Shown: positions 19,559-30,017, numbered from the whole stretch's first letter. The stretch is 63,842 bases of DNA, filler included, from Coriobacteriales bacterium (GCA_031263105.1; 8 parts of 8 records of this genome joined end to end with filler, not necessarily neighbours in it), one strand, 5' to 3'. The notes: generated by a model from the letters alone, not told the origin. Made by a program: numbers and translations.

Positions 19559-21292
19559 ATGATTGATTGTCCCCTCCCCGGTGGCCGACAGGCGGTCACA
19601 CTGTACGACACGACCCTGCGCGACGGCTCGCAGCGCGAGGGCGCAAGCCTCACGGTGGCCGACAAGCTGCGAATCGCAGCCAAGCTCGACGCCCTGGGCA
19701 TCGACTACATCGAGGGCGGGTTTCCCGCCTCGAACCCGCTGGACAACGAGTTCTACAGGCAGGCCGCCTCGCTCGGCCTCGGGCATGCGGCCCTGAGCGC
19801 CTTCGGCACGACCGCCCACAAGGGGACGCGACCGCAGGACGACGCGGGCCTGGCCGCCCTTGTCGCCTGTCCCGCCCCGGTGGTCACGCTCCTCGGCAAG
19901 GCATGGGCGGCCCAGGCGGTCGAGGTGCTGGGGACGAGCGCCGAGGAGAACCTGCGGACGATAGGGCTCTCGGTGCGCTATCTGGTCGAGGCGGGCAAGC
20001 GGGTGTTCCTCGACGCCGAGCATTTCTTCGACAGCTACAAGGACGACCCCGCCTACGCGCTGGCCGTCCTTGCGGCCGCCGAGCAGGCCGGTGCCGAGGC
20101 CCTCGTGCTCTGCGACACGAACGGCGGCACGCTCCCCCATGAGGTGTACGAGATAACGAAGGCCGCCGTCGAGGCCGTAGGGGCAAGGGGTGCAGGGGTG
20201 TCGCCCACATCGAGGGCGGCGGAGGTTTCAGCGGCGGTGGAGACCACCCCGGCGCTTCGCGCCACCCCTCCGAAGGAGGGGAATGTCGATGCCGCAACGG
20301 CGGCAGGGGGTGCAAGGGGCCGGGGCACGGCCATCGGCATACATGTCCACGACGACGCAGGCTGCGCGGTCGCGAGCTCGCTGGAGGCGGTGCGCGCGGG
20401 GGCGACGCAGGTGCAGGGGACCATCAACGGCTTCGGCGAGCGGGTAGGGAACGCGAACCTGGTCACGGTGGCGGCGAACCTCCAACTCAAAATGGGCTAC
20501 GAGGTGCTTGCGCCCGAGCGTCTCGCCCTGCTCACCCAGGTCGCGCACCTCGTCTCGGAGACCTTCAACGTCACCCCGGACGCGCACCTGCCCTACGTGG
20601 GACAGAACGCCTTCTCCCACAAGGGCGGCATCCATGCGAGCGCGTCCCTGCGCTGCCGGCGCGCCTACGAGCACATCGACCCCGCGCTGGTGGGCAACTT
20701 CTCCCGCATCGTCGTCAGCGAGCTCGCCGGCAGGGCCTCGCTTGCGGCGAAGGCGCAGGAGCTGGGCGTCGCGCTTCCCGCCGACGAGGGGAGGGTGCAG
20801 GCGCTGCTCGACACCGTCAAGCTGCGCGAGGCGCAGGGCTACTCCTACGAGGCGGCCGACGCCTCCCTCGCCCTGCTGCTCCGTGCGCAACAAGGCGAGG
20901 CGCCCACGTACTTCGTGCTCGAGTCCTTCCGTGTGCTGGTGGAGAAGCGCGAGGACGGCAGGGCCATGAGCGAGGCGACCATCAAGCTGCTCGTCGACGG
21001 CGAGCGACATGTCGCGACGGGGGAGGGCAACGGCCCCGTCAACGCGCTCGACGCGGCGCTGCGCCTGGCCATCCGGCGCTTCTACCCCCAGGTCGAGGGC
21101 TTCGAGCTGACCGACTACAAGGTGCGCGTCCTCGACGAGAGCACCGGCACCGGCGCGGTCACCAGGGTCCTTATCGAGACGAGCGACGGCCAGACGAGCT
21201 GGGGGACCGTCGGCGTGAGCGAGAACGTCATCGAGGCGTCCTGGGACGCCTTGGTCGAGGCCATGGCCTACGGCCTTCTGAAGAAGCGGTAA
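19559..21292 (+). CDS. cimA: Citramalate synthase (with ~50-aa in-frame insertion)
   Basis: DTTLRDGSQ, DAEHFFD, CDTNGG, GERVGN, HKGGIH, GNGPVNALD. Confidence 0.93.
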   Translation: MIDCPLPGGRQAVTLYDTTLRDGSQREGASLTVADKLRIAAKLDALGIDYIEGGFPASNPLDNEFYRQAASLGLGHAALSAFGTTAHKGTRPQDDAGLAALVACPAPVVTLLGKAWAAQAVEVLGTSAEENLRTIGLSVRYLVEAGKRVFLDAEHFFDSYKDDPAYALAVLAAAEQAGAEALVLCDTNGGTLPHEVYEITKAAVEAVGARGAGVSPTSRAAEVSAAVETTPALRATPPKEGNVDAATAAGGARGRGTAIGIHVHDDAGCAVASSLEAVRAGATQVQGTINGFGERVGNANLVTVAANLQLKMGYEVLAPERLALLTQVAHLVSETFNVTPDAHLPYVGQNAFSHKGGIHASASLRCRRAYEHIDPALVGNFSRIVVSELAGRASLAAKAQELGVALPADEGRVQALLDTVKLREAQGYSYEAADASLALLLRAQQGEAPTYFVLESFRVLVEKREDGRAMSEATIKLLVDGERHVATGEGNGPVNALDAALRLAIRRFYPQVEGFELTDYKVRVLDESTGTGAVTRVLIETSDGQTSWGTVGVSENVIEASWDALVEAMAYGLLKKR

Positions 21293-21683
21293 CGCGCCGA
21301 TTGTTGGGGGGGGCCATGGCCACCGGCGTTTGTATTATGGGGTACCCCGGCTTTTTGGGGCCCCCCCCCCCCCCCCCCCATTACAGTATGAATAGCCCCT
21401 TTCTTTTGGGGCAAGGAAGAGCGCTTGGGGCGATCTGACGGCCTCACAGGGCTTAGAATTGCCCAGGGCCCCGAGGGGCCGTTGATCGACCGTCCCCGGA
21501 TGGCCCTTTCCCCCAGCCTCCACAGTAGGCCCGGGGGGTGTTGCCACCAGGGACGGCTGGCCGGCGCAGTGACCGATAGAAACNNNNNNNNNNNNNNNNN
21601 NNNNNNNNNNNNNNNNNNNNNNNNNNNTTAATTAATTAANNNNNNNNNNNNNNNNNNNNNNNNNNNNNNNNNNNNNNNNNNNN

Positions 21684-21915
21684 CGACGGGCCGAATGTGC
21701 CACAGCCGGCGTGCGGGCAGGTCGCTCGCAGGCGCAGCGGGGCGCGGGCAGTAAGCTCGCAGGCGCAGCGGGGCGCGGGCAGCGACGGGCCGAAGGGGCC
21801 ACAGCCGGCGCGCGGGCAGGGCGCTCGCAGGCGCAGCGGGGCGCGGGCAGGACGCTCGCTGGCGCAGCGGGGCGCTGGCAGTAAGCTCGCAGGCGCAGCG
21901 GGGCGCGGGCAGCGA
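21684..21915. repeat. Imperfect ~31-bp tandem repeat array at contig start
   Basis: Repeated GCTCGCAGGCGCAGCGGGGCGCGGGCAG core. Confidence 0.85.
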
Positions 21916-21934
21916 CGAACCGAATATACCACAG

Positions 21935-22405
21935 TCAGTGTGCGAGAAGGTCGTTCACCAGCGTAACGGCACGGCGGAGTGCCGCAGCAGCCGCCGCAGC
22001 GGCGGAGGGCGTCCCTGCTGAGACCCTGACCTTCATGAGGCCCTGTCTGCGGTCGGCCCAGACGGTGTTGCCGGCGATGGGGAGGACGATGGGGGCGCAA
22101 AGGGGAGGGGAAGGCACCCCACCGTCCTCTCCGCCGCCGGCTGTGCGCACGTCTTCGACCAAAAGGTCGAGGGCGATGTGTTCCACCAAGTGGGGGAGGG
22201 TCGTGCCGAGCAGCCCGTCCCCGAACCTTCCGAACCCCCGTTGCTTGCAGGCATGCTCGGCAAGGGTGGGGCGACAGGCAAGAGCTGCGGCCGCAAGTCC
22301 CTCATCGACACGTGCCCCAAGGGGCTTGACGCGTATGACGGCACAGGTCGAGACGCCGTCATGGCTCAACTGCTGAAGCGCGAGCATCGGTGCCTGACGG
22401 CCCAT
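21935..22405 (-). CDS. Stand-alone cyanophycin synthetase N-domain-like protein
   Basis: AAGGAG SD before ATG 22405; LAEHAC-x18-HLVEHIALDL and AGNT resemble CphA1 N domain. Confidence 0.65.
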   Translation of the reverse strand: MGRQAPMLALQQLSHDGVSTCAVIRVKPLGARVDEGLAAAALACRPTLAEHACKQRGFGRFGDGLLGTTLPHLVEHIALDLLVEDVRTAGGGEDGGVPSPPLCAPIVLPIAGNTVWADRRQGLMKVRVSAGTPSAAAAAAAALRRAVTLVNDLLAH

Positions 22406-22573
22406 GCCCCGCTCCTTCCCTGCGCCGAGGCACCCGCCGTCCTGCGGCTCTGCGTCGACGCGTCCATGCACCTGCCGTCTGGGCCCGCCGCCCGGCTCTG
22501 CCGTCCGGGGCTGCCGCCCGCCGCGGTCCGTTGCAGTTGCGTCCAACGGCGTCCGCATCCGGTGCGTCAGATG

Positions 22574-23266
22574 TCAGACGACCCGGTACTGGACGGTGTA
22601 CCACCCGCTGTTCTCGCCAAGCGCGGCGGTAACGCCCATCTGGAAGTCAAGGCTGTCCGGGCGCCCGTCGTAGGGCCCCCGGTCGTTCACGACTGCGGTG
22701 CAGGAAAGCCCCGTGGCGGGGCAGTATATCTCGATCGTCGTTCCGAAGGGGAGGCTCTTGTGCGCGACGCCCATGCCCGTGGCCGTCGTCACCTCGCCCG
22801 AGGAGGTCCTCTTGCCCAGGATGCCGTCGCCGGCGGTCGCGTAGTTCGTGGCGACCGTCGTTATCCAGCCGTTCGCGTCCGTCGCAGGCGTCGCAGGCGT
22901 GGCCTCGGCCGGTGCCTGCACGGCTGCGGCCTCGGGCCCGGAGGTCGGTTCGGGGTCGGGCACAGGCTCGGGGTCGGGTGTCGGCACCTCTACGAACACC
23001 GGCAAGACGAGCTCGCGGGTGATCGGCTCGGCAAGCTCGCTCACCTGCTGCTCCGTGACGGCAGCGTCCTGCTGGGACATCGCGAGCGCGAACTTGTCCG
23101 CAGAGGAGACCGTGACGGTGGGCAGCGCACTCTGTATGCGGCCCACGCCGAGCACCTTGACACGGGAAGAACCGGAAGAGGAGGCAAAATCCCCGAAGGC
23201 GAGCGTGAAGCTCACGCTGACGAGAAGAAGGGAGAGCGCACATGCGCCGAGCGCCTTCAGGGACAT
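22574..23266 (-). CDS. Secreted RlpA-like double-psi beta-barrel protein (start uncertain)
   Basis: Signal-like N-terminus, Pro/Glu linker, TSSGE..AHKSLPFGT..VNDRGPY..D. Confidence 0.85.
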   Translation of the reverse strand: MSLKALGACALSLLLVSVSFTLAFGDFASSSGSSRVKVLGVGRIQSALPTVTVSSADKFALAMSQQDAAVTEQQVSELAEPITRELVLPVFVEVPTPDPEPVPDPEPTSGPEAAAVQAPAEATPATPATDANGWITTVATNYATAGDGILGKRTSSGEVTTATGMGVAHKSLPFGTTIEIYCPATGLSCTAVVNDRGPYDGRPDSLDFQMGVTAALGENSGWYTVQYRVV

Positions 23267-23592
23267 ACGGTCAGAACCAGAACCCACGGTCACACTCCAA
23301 ATCATTGCGCACAAGGAACGACATAGGCTCCCGAGCAGCGGCTTTGTTTGGCTGGTTTGTTTATACTGCTGGTCTGTCTGCCCACGCTACGTGCTCATCA
23401 AACAGACGCTTCTCATGCTTCTCACAAAACGAGCCGTCGAAACGGCTGCCCGCTATTCTACACCAAAAAAAGCGCCCAGGGGAGGGAGGGAAGGCCTTGA
23501 CTTTTCCTTTTTGCATGTTAGGCGCGAAAAGTATCCATGTATATGACGGAAAATGCCCGAAATTATCCAGATTATTGGTATAAAACGGGCAG

Positions 23593-24021
23593 TTATACCC
23601 ATGTGTTAAAACTCCGGGTGTCCGGTGGAATGACGGCCCAGAGTATGAGGTACAGGGGGATGACGACGTACCAGCTGACGAGGGCGAGCACCAAGGCGAT
23701 GATGCGCACCATCGCCTTGTCCAGCTCGAAGTACTCGGCGATGCCCCCGCATATCCCCGCGATCTTCTTGTTGCGGGTCGAACGGTAGAGCTTCCGGTCC
23801 CTGGGCAGGCTGAGCTTGTCCTTGCGCGCCGCCACGACCAAAACGACGCCGACCGCGATGACGATCAGCGAGCCGAGCGCGCCCACGAAGACGCCCATGA
23901 CCTTCCAAAGCCCCGCGAAGAACGTGCCGAAGGTGCGCTCCAGGAGCTGCCAGAGCCCCAGCACGATGAGGACGCCGCCGACGATGAGGGCGATTCTGTT
24001 CTTAGGGGATCCCGTGTTCAT
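23593..24021 (-). CDS. PspC-domain membrane protein
   Basis: KLYRS..KKIAGICGGIAEYF. Confidence 0.9.
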   Translation of the reverse strand: MNTGSPKNRIALIVGGVLIVLGLWQLLERTFGTFFAGLWKVMGVFVGALGSLIVIAVGVVLVVAARKDKLSLPRDRKLYRSTRNKKIAGICGGIAEYFELDKAMVRIIALVLALVSWYVVIPLYLILWAVIPPDTRSFNTWV

Positions 24022-24022
24022 G

Positions 24023-24970
24023 TCAGGGGACGGCCCCGTCCCCGAAACTCCAGTCCTGGTCTCCCCATATGAGGGCATCGTCGTCCATAGGCACGACGTC
24101 CGGCTGGGGAACGACGACCTCGATGGCGCGGCCGCCGGGCAGGGGGAGGTAGAACGGCTCCGTGAAGTGCCCGAAGTTCCACATGCCGAAGAGCAGGGCG
24201 GCCGAGAAGACAAGCGACCCTATGAGCCCGAACACGCTCTTGCCCGTCGCGCTGGAGATAAGGGAAAGGCCCAGTATCACCAGGAGGACGGGCCACAGGT
24301 ACCGGAAGGTGAGCAGGAAGGTGCTGAACGCGACAAGGCCGAACATCCAGAGCTGGAGCGCAAAGCCGAGGGTGATGAGGGCGATGGCGTGGCCCGCCCG
24401 CCCGAGGCTCCAGCCCTGCCGCGCAGGGGTGCACAGGACGACGAGGCCGAGGAGGATGACGATAACGGGCCAGAAGCGCCAGGCCGACAGGTCGAGGAAG
24501 GTGGCGACCAGGGCGAGGATCCCTCCGCCCACGAGCAGTATCCCCAGCGTGAGCCCTGTGTTGAGCCGGCTCCGCGTCCGCTCCTGCGCTGCGGCGCCCT
24601 TGGCGCTCCCGGCACCCTCCCCCTCCTCGCCGCCGTCCGGCCCCGGAGAGCCGACGGCGTCGTATGCCCGGGGGTTGCAGGAGGTGTAGGCGCAACCGGG
24701 GGGAGCCGCCGTGGTCGCGCCCGTCGGCTGGGCGCTGGGGCTCGCATCGACGTCGATGTAGGCGGCCCCGCTGTGCTTGGGCATGAGGACCATGGCGACG
24801 AGGTAGACGACGACCGGCAGCCCGAAGCCCGCAAGCGTGAGGATGACGGCCAGGATGCGTATGAGGGTAGGGTCGAGCTCGAAGTACTCCGCGACACCTC
24901 CGCAGACGCCCGCGAAGACCGCATCGTCACTTCTATAAAGACGCCTGTTCGCGTTCGTGGTCGCGTTCAT
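24023..24970 (-). CDS. PspC-domain multi-TM membrane protein
   Basis: RLYRS..AGVCGGVAEYF..DPTLIR then several TM segments (LiaF-like WP motifs). Confidence 0.88.
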   Translation of the reverse strand: MNATTNANRRLYRSDDAVFAGVCGGVAEYFELDPTLIRILAVILTLAGFGLPVVVYLVAMVLMPKHSGAAYIDVDASPSAQPTGATTAAPPGCAYTSCNPRAYDAVGSPGPDGGEEGEGAGSAKGAAAQERTRSRLNTGLTLGILLVGGGILALVATFLDLSAWRFWPVIVILLGLVVLCTPARQGWSLGRAGHAIALITLGFALQLWMFGLVAFSTFLLTFRYLWPVLLVILGLSLISSATGKSVFGLIGSLVFSAALLFGMWNFGHFTEPFYLPLPGGRAIEVVVPQPDVVPMDDDALIWGDQDWSFGDGAVP

Positions 24971-25250
24971 GGGGCTGCTTCCGTCCAGATACCTTGTGTG
25001 AAACAATACTTGCAGATGCGTCAAGCGCCGCGCATCCTCCGTTGTCAACTTGTAAGATAACAGGGTAACTCGCGTAATCGTTCCGGGACGGGGGTTGACG
25101 AGGGGACGGCGTCCTCGACGTCTGGCGTCCTCGCGGGCGTCCTCGACGTCCTGCCCGCGTCCCACTGTCTCGTGCGGTAGTGCTACTATGGGATGTGCCA
25201 GATGAAGCCGCGCCGCTGGCCCGTGAGGGCCGTTTCAGGAAAGGACGCCG

Positions 25251-25562
25251 ATGGCCTTCTCCACACTCATCCTTGCCGCCGGAGCGGGGACCCGCATGAG
25301 GTCGGCCCGTGCGAAGGTCGCCCATGAGCTCTTGGGCAAGCCGCTCGTGCGGTGGGTCGTGGACGCAGCGCGCGAGGCAGGCAGCGCCTCGGTCGTCACG
25401 GTCGTCGGCTATGGGCGCGAGCAGGTCGTCCCCTTGGTGGAGGACACCACCGTCGTCGTCCAGGAGGAGCGCCTGGGCACCGCCCACGCCGTCATGCAGG
25501 CACGCGACGCCCTTCTCCCCCTCCTCGCCCCCTCCCCCGCCCCCGCCCCCGCCCCCGCCCCC
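25251..25562 (+). CDS. glmU: GlmU N-terminal fragment (contig end)
   Basis: ILAAGAGTRMRS..K, QEERLGTAHAV. Confidence 0.85.
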
Positions 25563-25740
25563 NNNNNNNNNNNNNNNNNNNNNNNNNNNNNNNNNNNNNN
25601 NNNNNNTTAATTAATTAANNNNNNNNNNNNNNNNNNNNNNNNNNNNNNNNNNNNNNNNNNNNCGCCCAGATGCGTGAATTGGACGCGATGTGAGACTAAG
25701 ACAGTGCCGAGCGCTGAAGCGCTCGGCATAACACGACTAA

Positions 25741-27975
25741 AAACGGCGCGAAAGTGGATTAATCGGCGCCTCCCTAGAGGCCCAGGTAGATGAGCTCCGA
25801 AACAAGGCCGTTGAACAAAAGCGTATCGTCAGAGTCGGCGGCGCAGAAGTCGGTGACGGGCAGTTTTCGGATGCCAACACCACCAAGGCAGGCGACCCTC
25901 TGAAATCGAATGCCGTCATCACCAGGTCAAGCCCCTTCGAGGACAAGTACCGGCTGTTCTTATCGCTGTTCGAGGGCAGGAAGGATGTCCATGCCATCAG
26001 GTTCCAAGGTAAAAACGGCTCTGGGTACACGCCGCATTGCAATAACCGGTTTAAGCCTCAATGCCCCAAGCAGAGGAACAAGAAGCTCAGGTGCGCAGAC
26101 TGTGACAGTCGGGATTTCCCCATAATCACACCCGAGCTCTTCAGGGCCCATGTGCGCGGAGAGAGCGATTCCTGCAAAGACGTGCTAGGGGCATACCCTT
26201 TGGATGCCGACGACCTCTGCACCTTCATCGTCGCGGACTTCGACGACAAGCACAACGGCGAGGGAGACCAAGGCAACGAGGTGCAGACCGGGTTCGATGC
26301 CATGCGGAGCACCGCAGTAGGCTTCTATGGCACGTGCCTCGAGCACGGCATCCCTGTCCACCTGGAAATCTCGCGCTCCGGCCATGGCCTGCATGTCTGG
26401 CTGTTCTTCTCCGAACCTGTCTCGGCGCACCTCGCCCGCCGCCTGTTCAGCTCGATCTTGACCGAGGCCATGGGCACATGTCCGGGCTTCGACCTAGGCA
26501 CCTACGACCGCCTCATCCCCAGTCAGGACATGCTGGCCAAGGGAGGATTCGGCAACTTGGTCGCGCTGCCGCTCCAAGGCAGAGCCGGCAAGATGCGCCG
26601 CAGCGTGTTCGTTGATGGAGAGCTGAGGCAGTACGCTGATCAGTGGGAGTACCTGTCACGAGTCAGAAAGCCGTCTGCTGCAGATTTGAGCGCGGCGTTG
26701 CGGAGCTTCACCCCAAGAGCAGAGCTGGGCAAGCTGGTTCCAAACGAGAGCGAGGAGGATCTCGGCAAACCTTGGGAACGCAAGAAAGAGGAGCGCCCGT
26801 TGACACAGGCCGATTTCCTCGGCATCGTGGCGATAACCTCGGCGAACATGCTGCACATCGAGAAGCGCAACCTCTCGCCAAGGGCGCTGAACAGGATCCG
26901 CAGGCTGGCAGCGTTCAAGAACCCCCAGTTCCACGACCATCAGCGCTATCGTATCAGCACTTGGAACATACCGCGCATCATATCGACCGCCGATGAGACC
27001 GACGAGTACCTCAGCATCCCACGTGGCGCATACCGTGCACTGGTCGGGCTGCTCGACCTGGCTGGCGCACAGTACCGCATCGACGACCTGCGGACGCTCG
27101 GCAAGCCCTTGGACGTCGAGTTCACACAGACGCTCCGAGAGGAGCAGTATCCGGCAGCACAGGCCCTGCTCAGACACGACACCGGAGTCCTGCATGCCAC
27201 CACGGCCTTTGGCAAGACGGTGATCGGCACGTACCTCATTGCCCAAAGAAAGGTCAACACGCTCGTCCTTGTCGGCACCCAGCAGCTGTTGAACCAGTGG
27301 AAGGAGGCGCTCGCATTCTTCCTCGACATCAAAAACGAGCCGGCAACCCGCGAAACGCCAACAGGACGAACCAAGCTGATAGGCACCGTCGGCGAGTACG
27401 GCGGAGACAAGAAGCACTGCTCCCTCCTGGTCGATGTGGCGATGATGCAGTCGCTCTGCCGAAAGGGCGAGGTCAAGGATCTCGTCAAGGACTACGGCAT
27501 GGTGATAGTGGACGAGTGCCACCACGTGCCGGCAAGCACATTCGAGGCCGTGCTGAAGCACACAGATGCCACATATGTGTACGGCCTGACCGCCACGCCG
27601 ATGCGGGAGGACGGCCACCACGCCATCCTGTTCCTCGAATGCGGCCCGATACGCTACAAAGTCGATGCCAAGGCGCAGGCCAAGAAGAGGCCGTTCGGCC
27701 ATTACATGGTTCCGCGATTCACCGGTCTGAGTCTTGCCAGCCTGCATGACGACAAGCAGATCCCGGCTATTCTCAACGACATCATGGCCGACGACAGGCG
27801 CAACAAGCTACTGCTCGACGACACACCGCGTTTTCAGCGAGGACGGGCCGACAGGCCCACGGAACACGCAGTGTCCAACGGCAGGTCAGGGGGCCCTCCG
27901 ACCTGCGGTCGACCGCTGGCGCGGTCGAGGATCCCTCGGCAGGCTCGGGATGACAGTGGGGGTGTCAGTAACTGA
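25741..27975 (+). pseudogene. TOTE-type AEP primase + SF2 helicase fusion, C-terminally truncated
   Basis: Frame open from 25741 with no canonical start; LFEGRKDV, YPL..DFDD, SRSG.G.H, GGFGNL; TAFGKT, DECHH, TAT; reads into MITE before second RecA domain. Confidence 0.75.
27824..27972. mobile_element. MITE copy lacking left end
   Basis: Begins with internal module shared with 4685-4722; ends GGGGGTGTCAGTAAC. Confidence 0.8.
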
Positions 27976-28029
27976 TCAGCTGAAACGATGACGACACGGC
28001 GCTTGTCCTTCTCGGTAACTCCTGTGACC

Positions 28030-28290
28030 TCACGCACGTGGCACTGATTCCTTGCGTGGGCGTCCGGCGCTACGAGGGGAAACAAGGCGGGCATCGACCG
28101 AGGCAATGGTCACAAGGTTGCCGCTTCCGGCCTTTACAGCGCTCAGGGCACCATCGGATATCATTGCGTTTACCCGGCGTTGCGACACTCCGAGCAAATC
28201 GGCCGCCGCCGCTAGCGTCATGGTCTCGGCTTGCCTGGCTGGCGCGTCAATGGTGAAAAAGGCTGCCATTGCCTGATAGGTGTACCTCAT
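28030..28290 (-). CDS. Small excisionase-like HTH protein (possible HicB-HTH remnant)
   Basis: AGGAGG SD; TLAAAADLLGVSQRRVNAMISDGAL..AGRPRK. Confidence 0.7.
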   Translation of the reverse strand: MRYTYQAMAAFFTIDAPARQAETMTLAAAADLLGVSQRRVNAMISDGALSAVKAGSGNLVTIASVDARLVSPRSAGRPRKESVPRA

Positions 28291-28328
28291 ATCAACCTCC
28301 TGTCTCACGATATTTTGTACGCCTTCCG

Positions 28329-29804
28329 TCACGTGCCCGCAAGCGAGTTCCACAGGGCTATCGTCGCGTAGCTGCGCCAGGGGCGCCAGCCCTCTGACAG
28401 CGCACGTATCTGCTGCGGCGAGTACGGCTCGAGCGCCTTCTTCACGCCGTAGTCGGTGTCGAGGAAGGCGTCCGGCCAGCCCATCGCCCGCATGGCGATG
28501 TAGTGCGCCGACCAGCGCCCGATGCCGGGCAGGGCCATGAGCTTCTCCGTCTCGACCTCCGGCCGGGCGCTCGGGCCGTAGTCGATGCTGCCGTCCGCGA
28601 AGGTGCGGGCAAGCTCCCGTATCGTCCGTGCGCGGGCCGAGATGACGCCCAGCGGGCCGAGGCGGTCCTGCACCGCGTCGCCCAGGGCGAGGATGTCCTC
28701 CGGGGCAGGGAACACGTGAGTCAGGCCCTCGACCGCACAGGACGCAGGCAAGGGCGGGCCCAGGTCCTCCGCCATCCTTGCCGCCAGCGTCCCGGCCGCC
28801 TTGACGGTTATCTGCTGACCGAGCACCGTGCGCACGCACATCTCGAAGGCGTCGAAGCATCCCGGCACGCGGATGCCCAACGCAAAGGCACCGGGCCTGA
28901 CCTCGTTCATGGCACCGAGCACCTCGCCTATCGCATCCGGTGCGCAGTGCAGGTCGAAGAGCTGCTTGATGCGCGCAAGCACCTGGGAGAGGACGGGCAG
29001 CAGGTTCGAGGAGACGGTCAGGGACAGGACGTTCCCCTTCCCTCCGTTGCCCACTTGTATCCAGCCGAGGATGCGCTCCCCCGCTCCGGAGACGAGGCGG
29101 ACGCTGCGCAGGTACGCGTCGTCACGCACGACCTCGACACCTCGGATCGCACGCCCGGCGAGGAAGCCCAGCATCTCGTCCCACCGGTAGGGGGGCCGGT
29201 AGCCGAGGGAGAGGGTGACGCTCCCGCAGCGCCCGCCGCCTGCAGCCCGCTTGCGGAGCGCCGTCGGGGACAGCCGGTACCGCCTCTTGAACAGGTCGTT
29301 GAACCTGCGGAGGCTGCCGAACCCTGCCGTCATGGCCACGTCGGACACCGAGAGGTCGGTGTCCGTGAGCAGGCTCTTGGCGAGCAGCAGCCGCATCGTC
29401 TGCAGGTACTGCACGGGCGAGACATGGTACTCCTCGGCGAAGACCCTGCGCAGATGCCTGTCGGTACATCCCAGCTTCCCGGCAAGGACCTCAAGGCTCA
29501 GCCCCGTCTGACAGTTCTCCTCCAAAAGCCGCACCGCCCGACGCGCGAGCGACGCCTTGGCGTCGGTGACCGACAGGCCGGGAGCAAGCTCCGGTCTGCA
29601 TAAGAGGCAGGGGCGGTACCCGGCCTGTTCCGCCTCTGCCGCCGTGGAATAGAAGGTGCAGTTCTCCTCTTTGGGCAGCTTGGCACGGCAGACGGGACGG
29701 CAGTAGATTCCCGTGGACGACACGCCGACGAAGAGCCTCCCGTCGAAGCGCACGTCCTTCGCCTTGAGCGCGGCGTACCAACCACGATGCTCCTCTTCGG
29801 TCAC
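28329..29804 (-). CDS. Ada/AlkA fusion (Ada Zn + AraC HTH + 3-methyladenine glycosylase)
   Basis: GIYCRPVC, CLLCRPE, GQQIT, LPGIGRW, WRPWRSYA. Confidence 0.93.
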   Translation of the reverse strand: MTEEEHRGWYAALKAKDVRFDGRLFVGVSSTGIYCRPVCRAKLPKEENCTFYSTAAEAEQAGYRPCLLCRPELAPGLSVTDAKASLARRAVRLLEENCQTGLSLEVLAGKLGCTDRHLRRVFAEEYHVSPVQYLQTMRLLLAKSLLTDTDLSVSDVAMTAGFGSLRRFNDLFKRRYRLSPTALRKRAAGGGRCGSVTLSLGYRPPYRWDEMLGFLAGRAIRGVEVVRDDAYLRSVRLVSGAGERILGWIQVGNGGKGNVLSLTVSSNLLPVLSQVLARIKQLFDLHCAPDAIGEVLGAMNEVRPGAFALGIRVPGCFDAFEMCVRTVLGQQITVKAAGTLAARMAEDLGPPLPASCAVEGLTHVFPAPEDILALGDAVQDRLGPLGVISARARTIRELARTFADGSIDYGPSARPEVETEKLMALPGIGRWSAHYIAMRAMGWPDAFLDTDYGVKKALEPYSPQQIRALSEGWRPWRSYATIALWNSLAGT

Positions 29805-29840
29805 GATGCCACCTCGATTCTCCCATCAAACAGTACTGGC

Positions 29841-30017
29841 GTTACTGACACCCACTGTCATCCCGAGCCTGCCGAGGGATCTTCGACCGCACCAGCGGTC
29901 GACTGCGGCCAGAAGGCGCCTTGGCCTGCGGTCGACCGCTGGCGCGGTCGAAGATCCCTCGGCAGGCTCGGGATGACAGTGGAGGGCCGGGATGACAGTG
30001 GAAACGTGAACAGTAAC
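29841..30017. mobile_element. Complete MITE with 8-bp TSD GTACTGGC
   Basis: GTACTGGC at 29833-29840 and 30018-30025 flanking GTTAC...GTAAC. Confidence 0.92.

Noticed and set aside
17636..21292. 1218-aa ORF as a giant cimA fusion
   Set aside because: The first 641 codons are an alternate frame over lgt and ilvE; cimA starts at 19559.
21293..21583. Sequence downstream of cimA
   Set aside because: Homopolymer-rich, low-quality contig end; no supportable feature.
21684..21915. 31-bp repeats as CRISPR
   Set aside because: Intervening sequences are absent or themselves repeated.
23270..23460. Possible c-di-AMP riboswitch upstream of the RlpA-like gene
   Set aside because: The long leader follows a TGnTAGAAT-like box, but I could not find the conserved GCTGAA/GGAAC elements.
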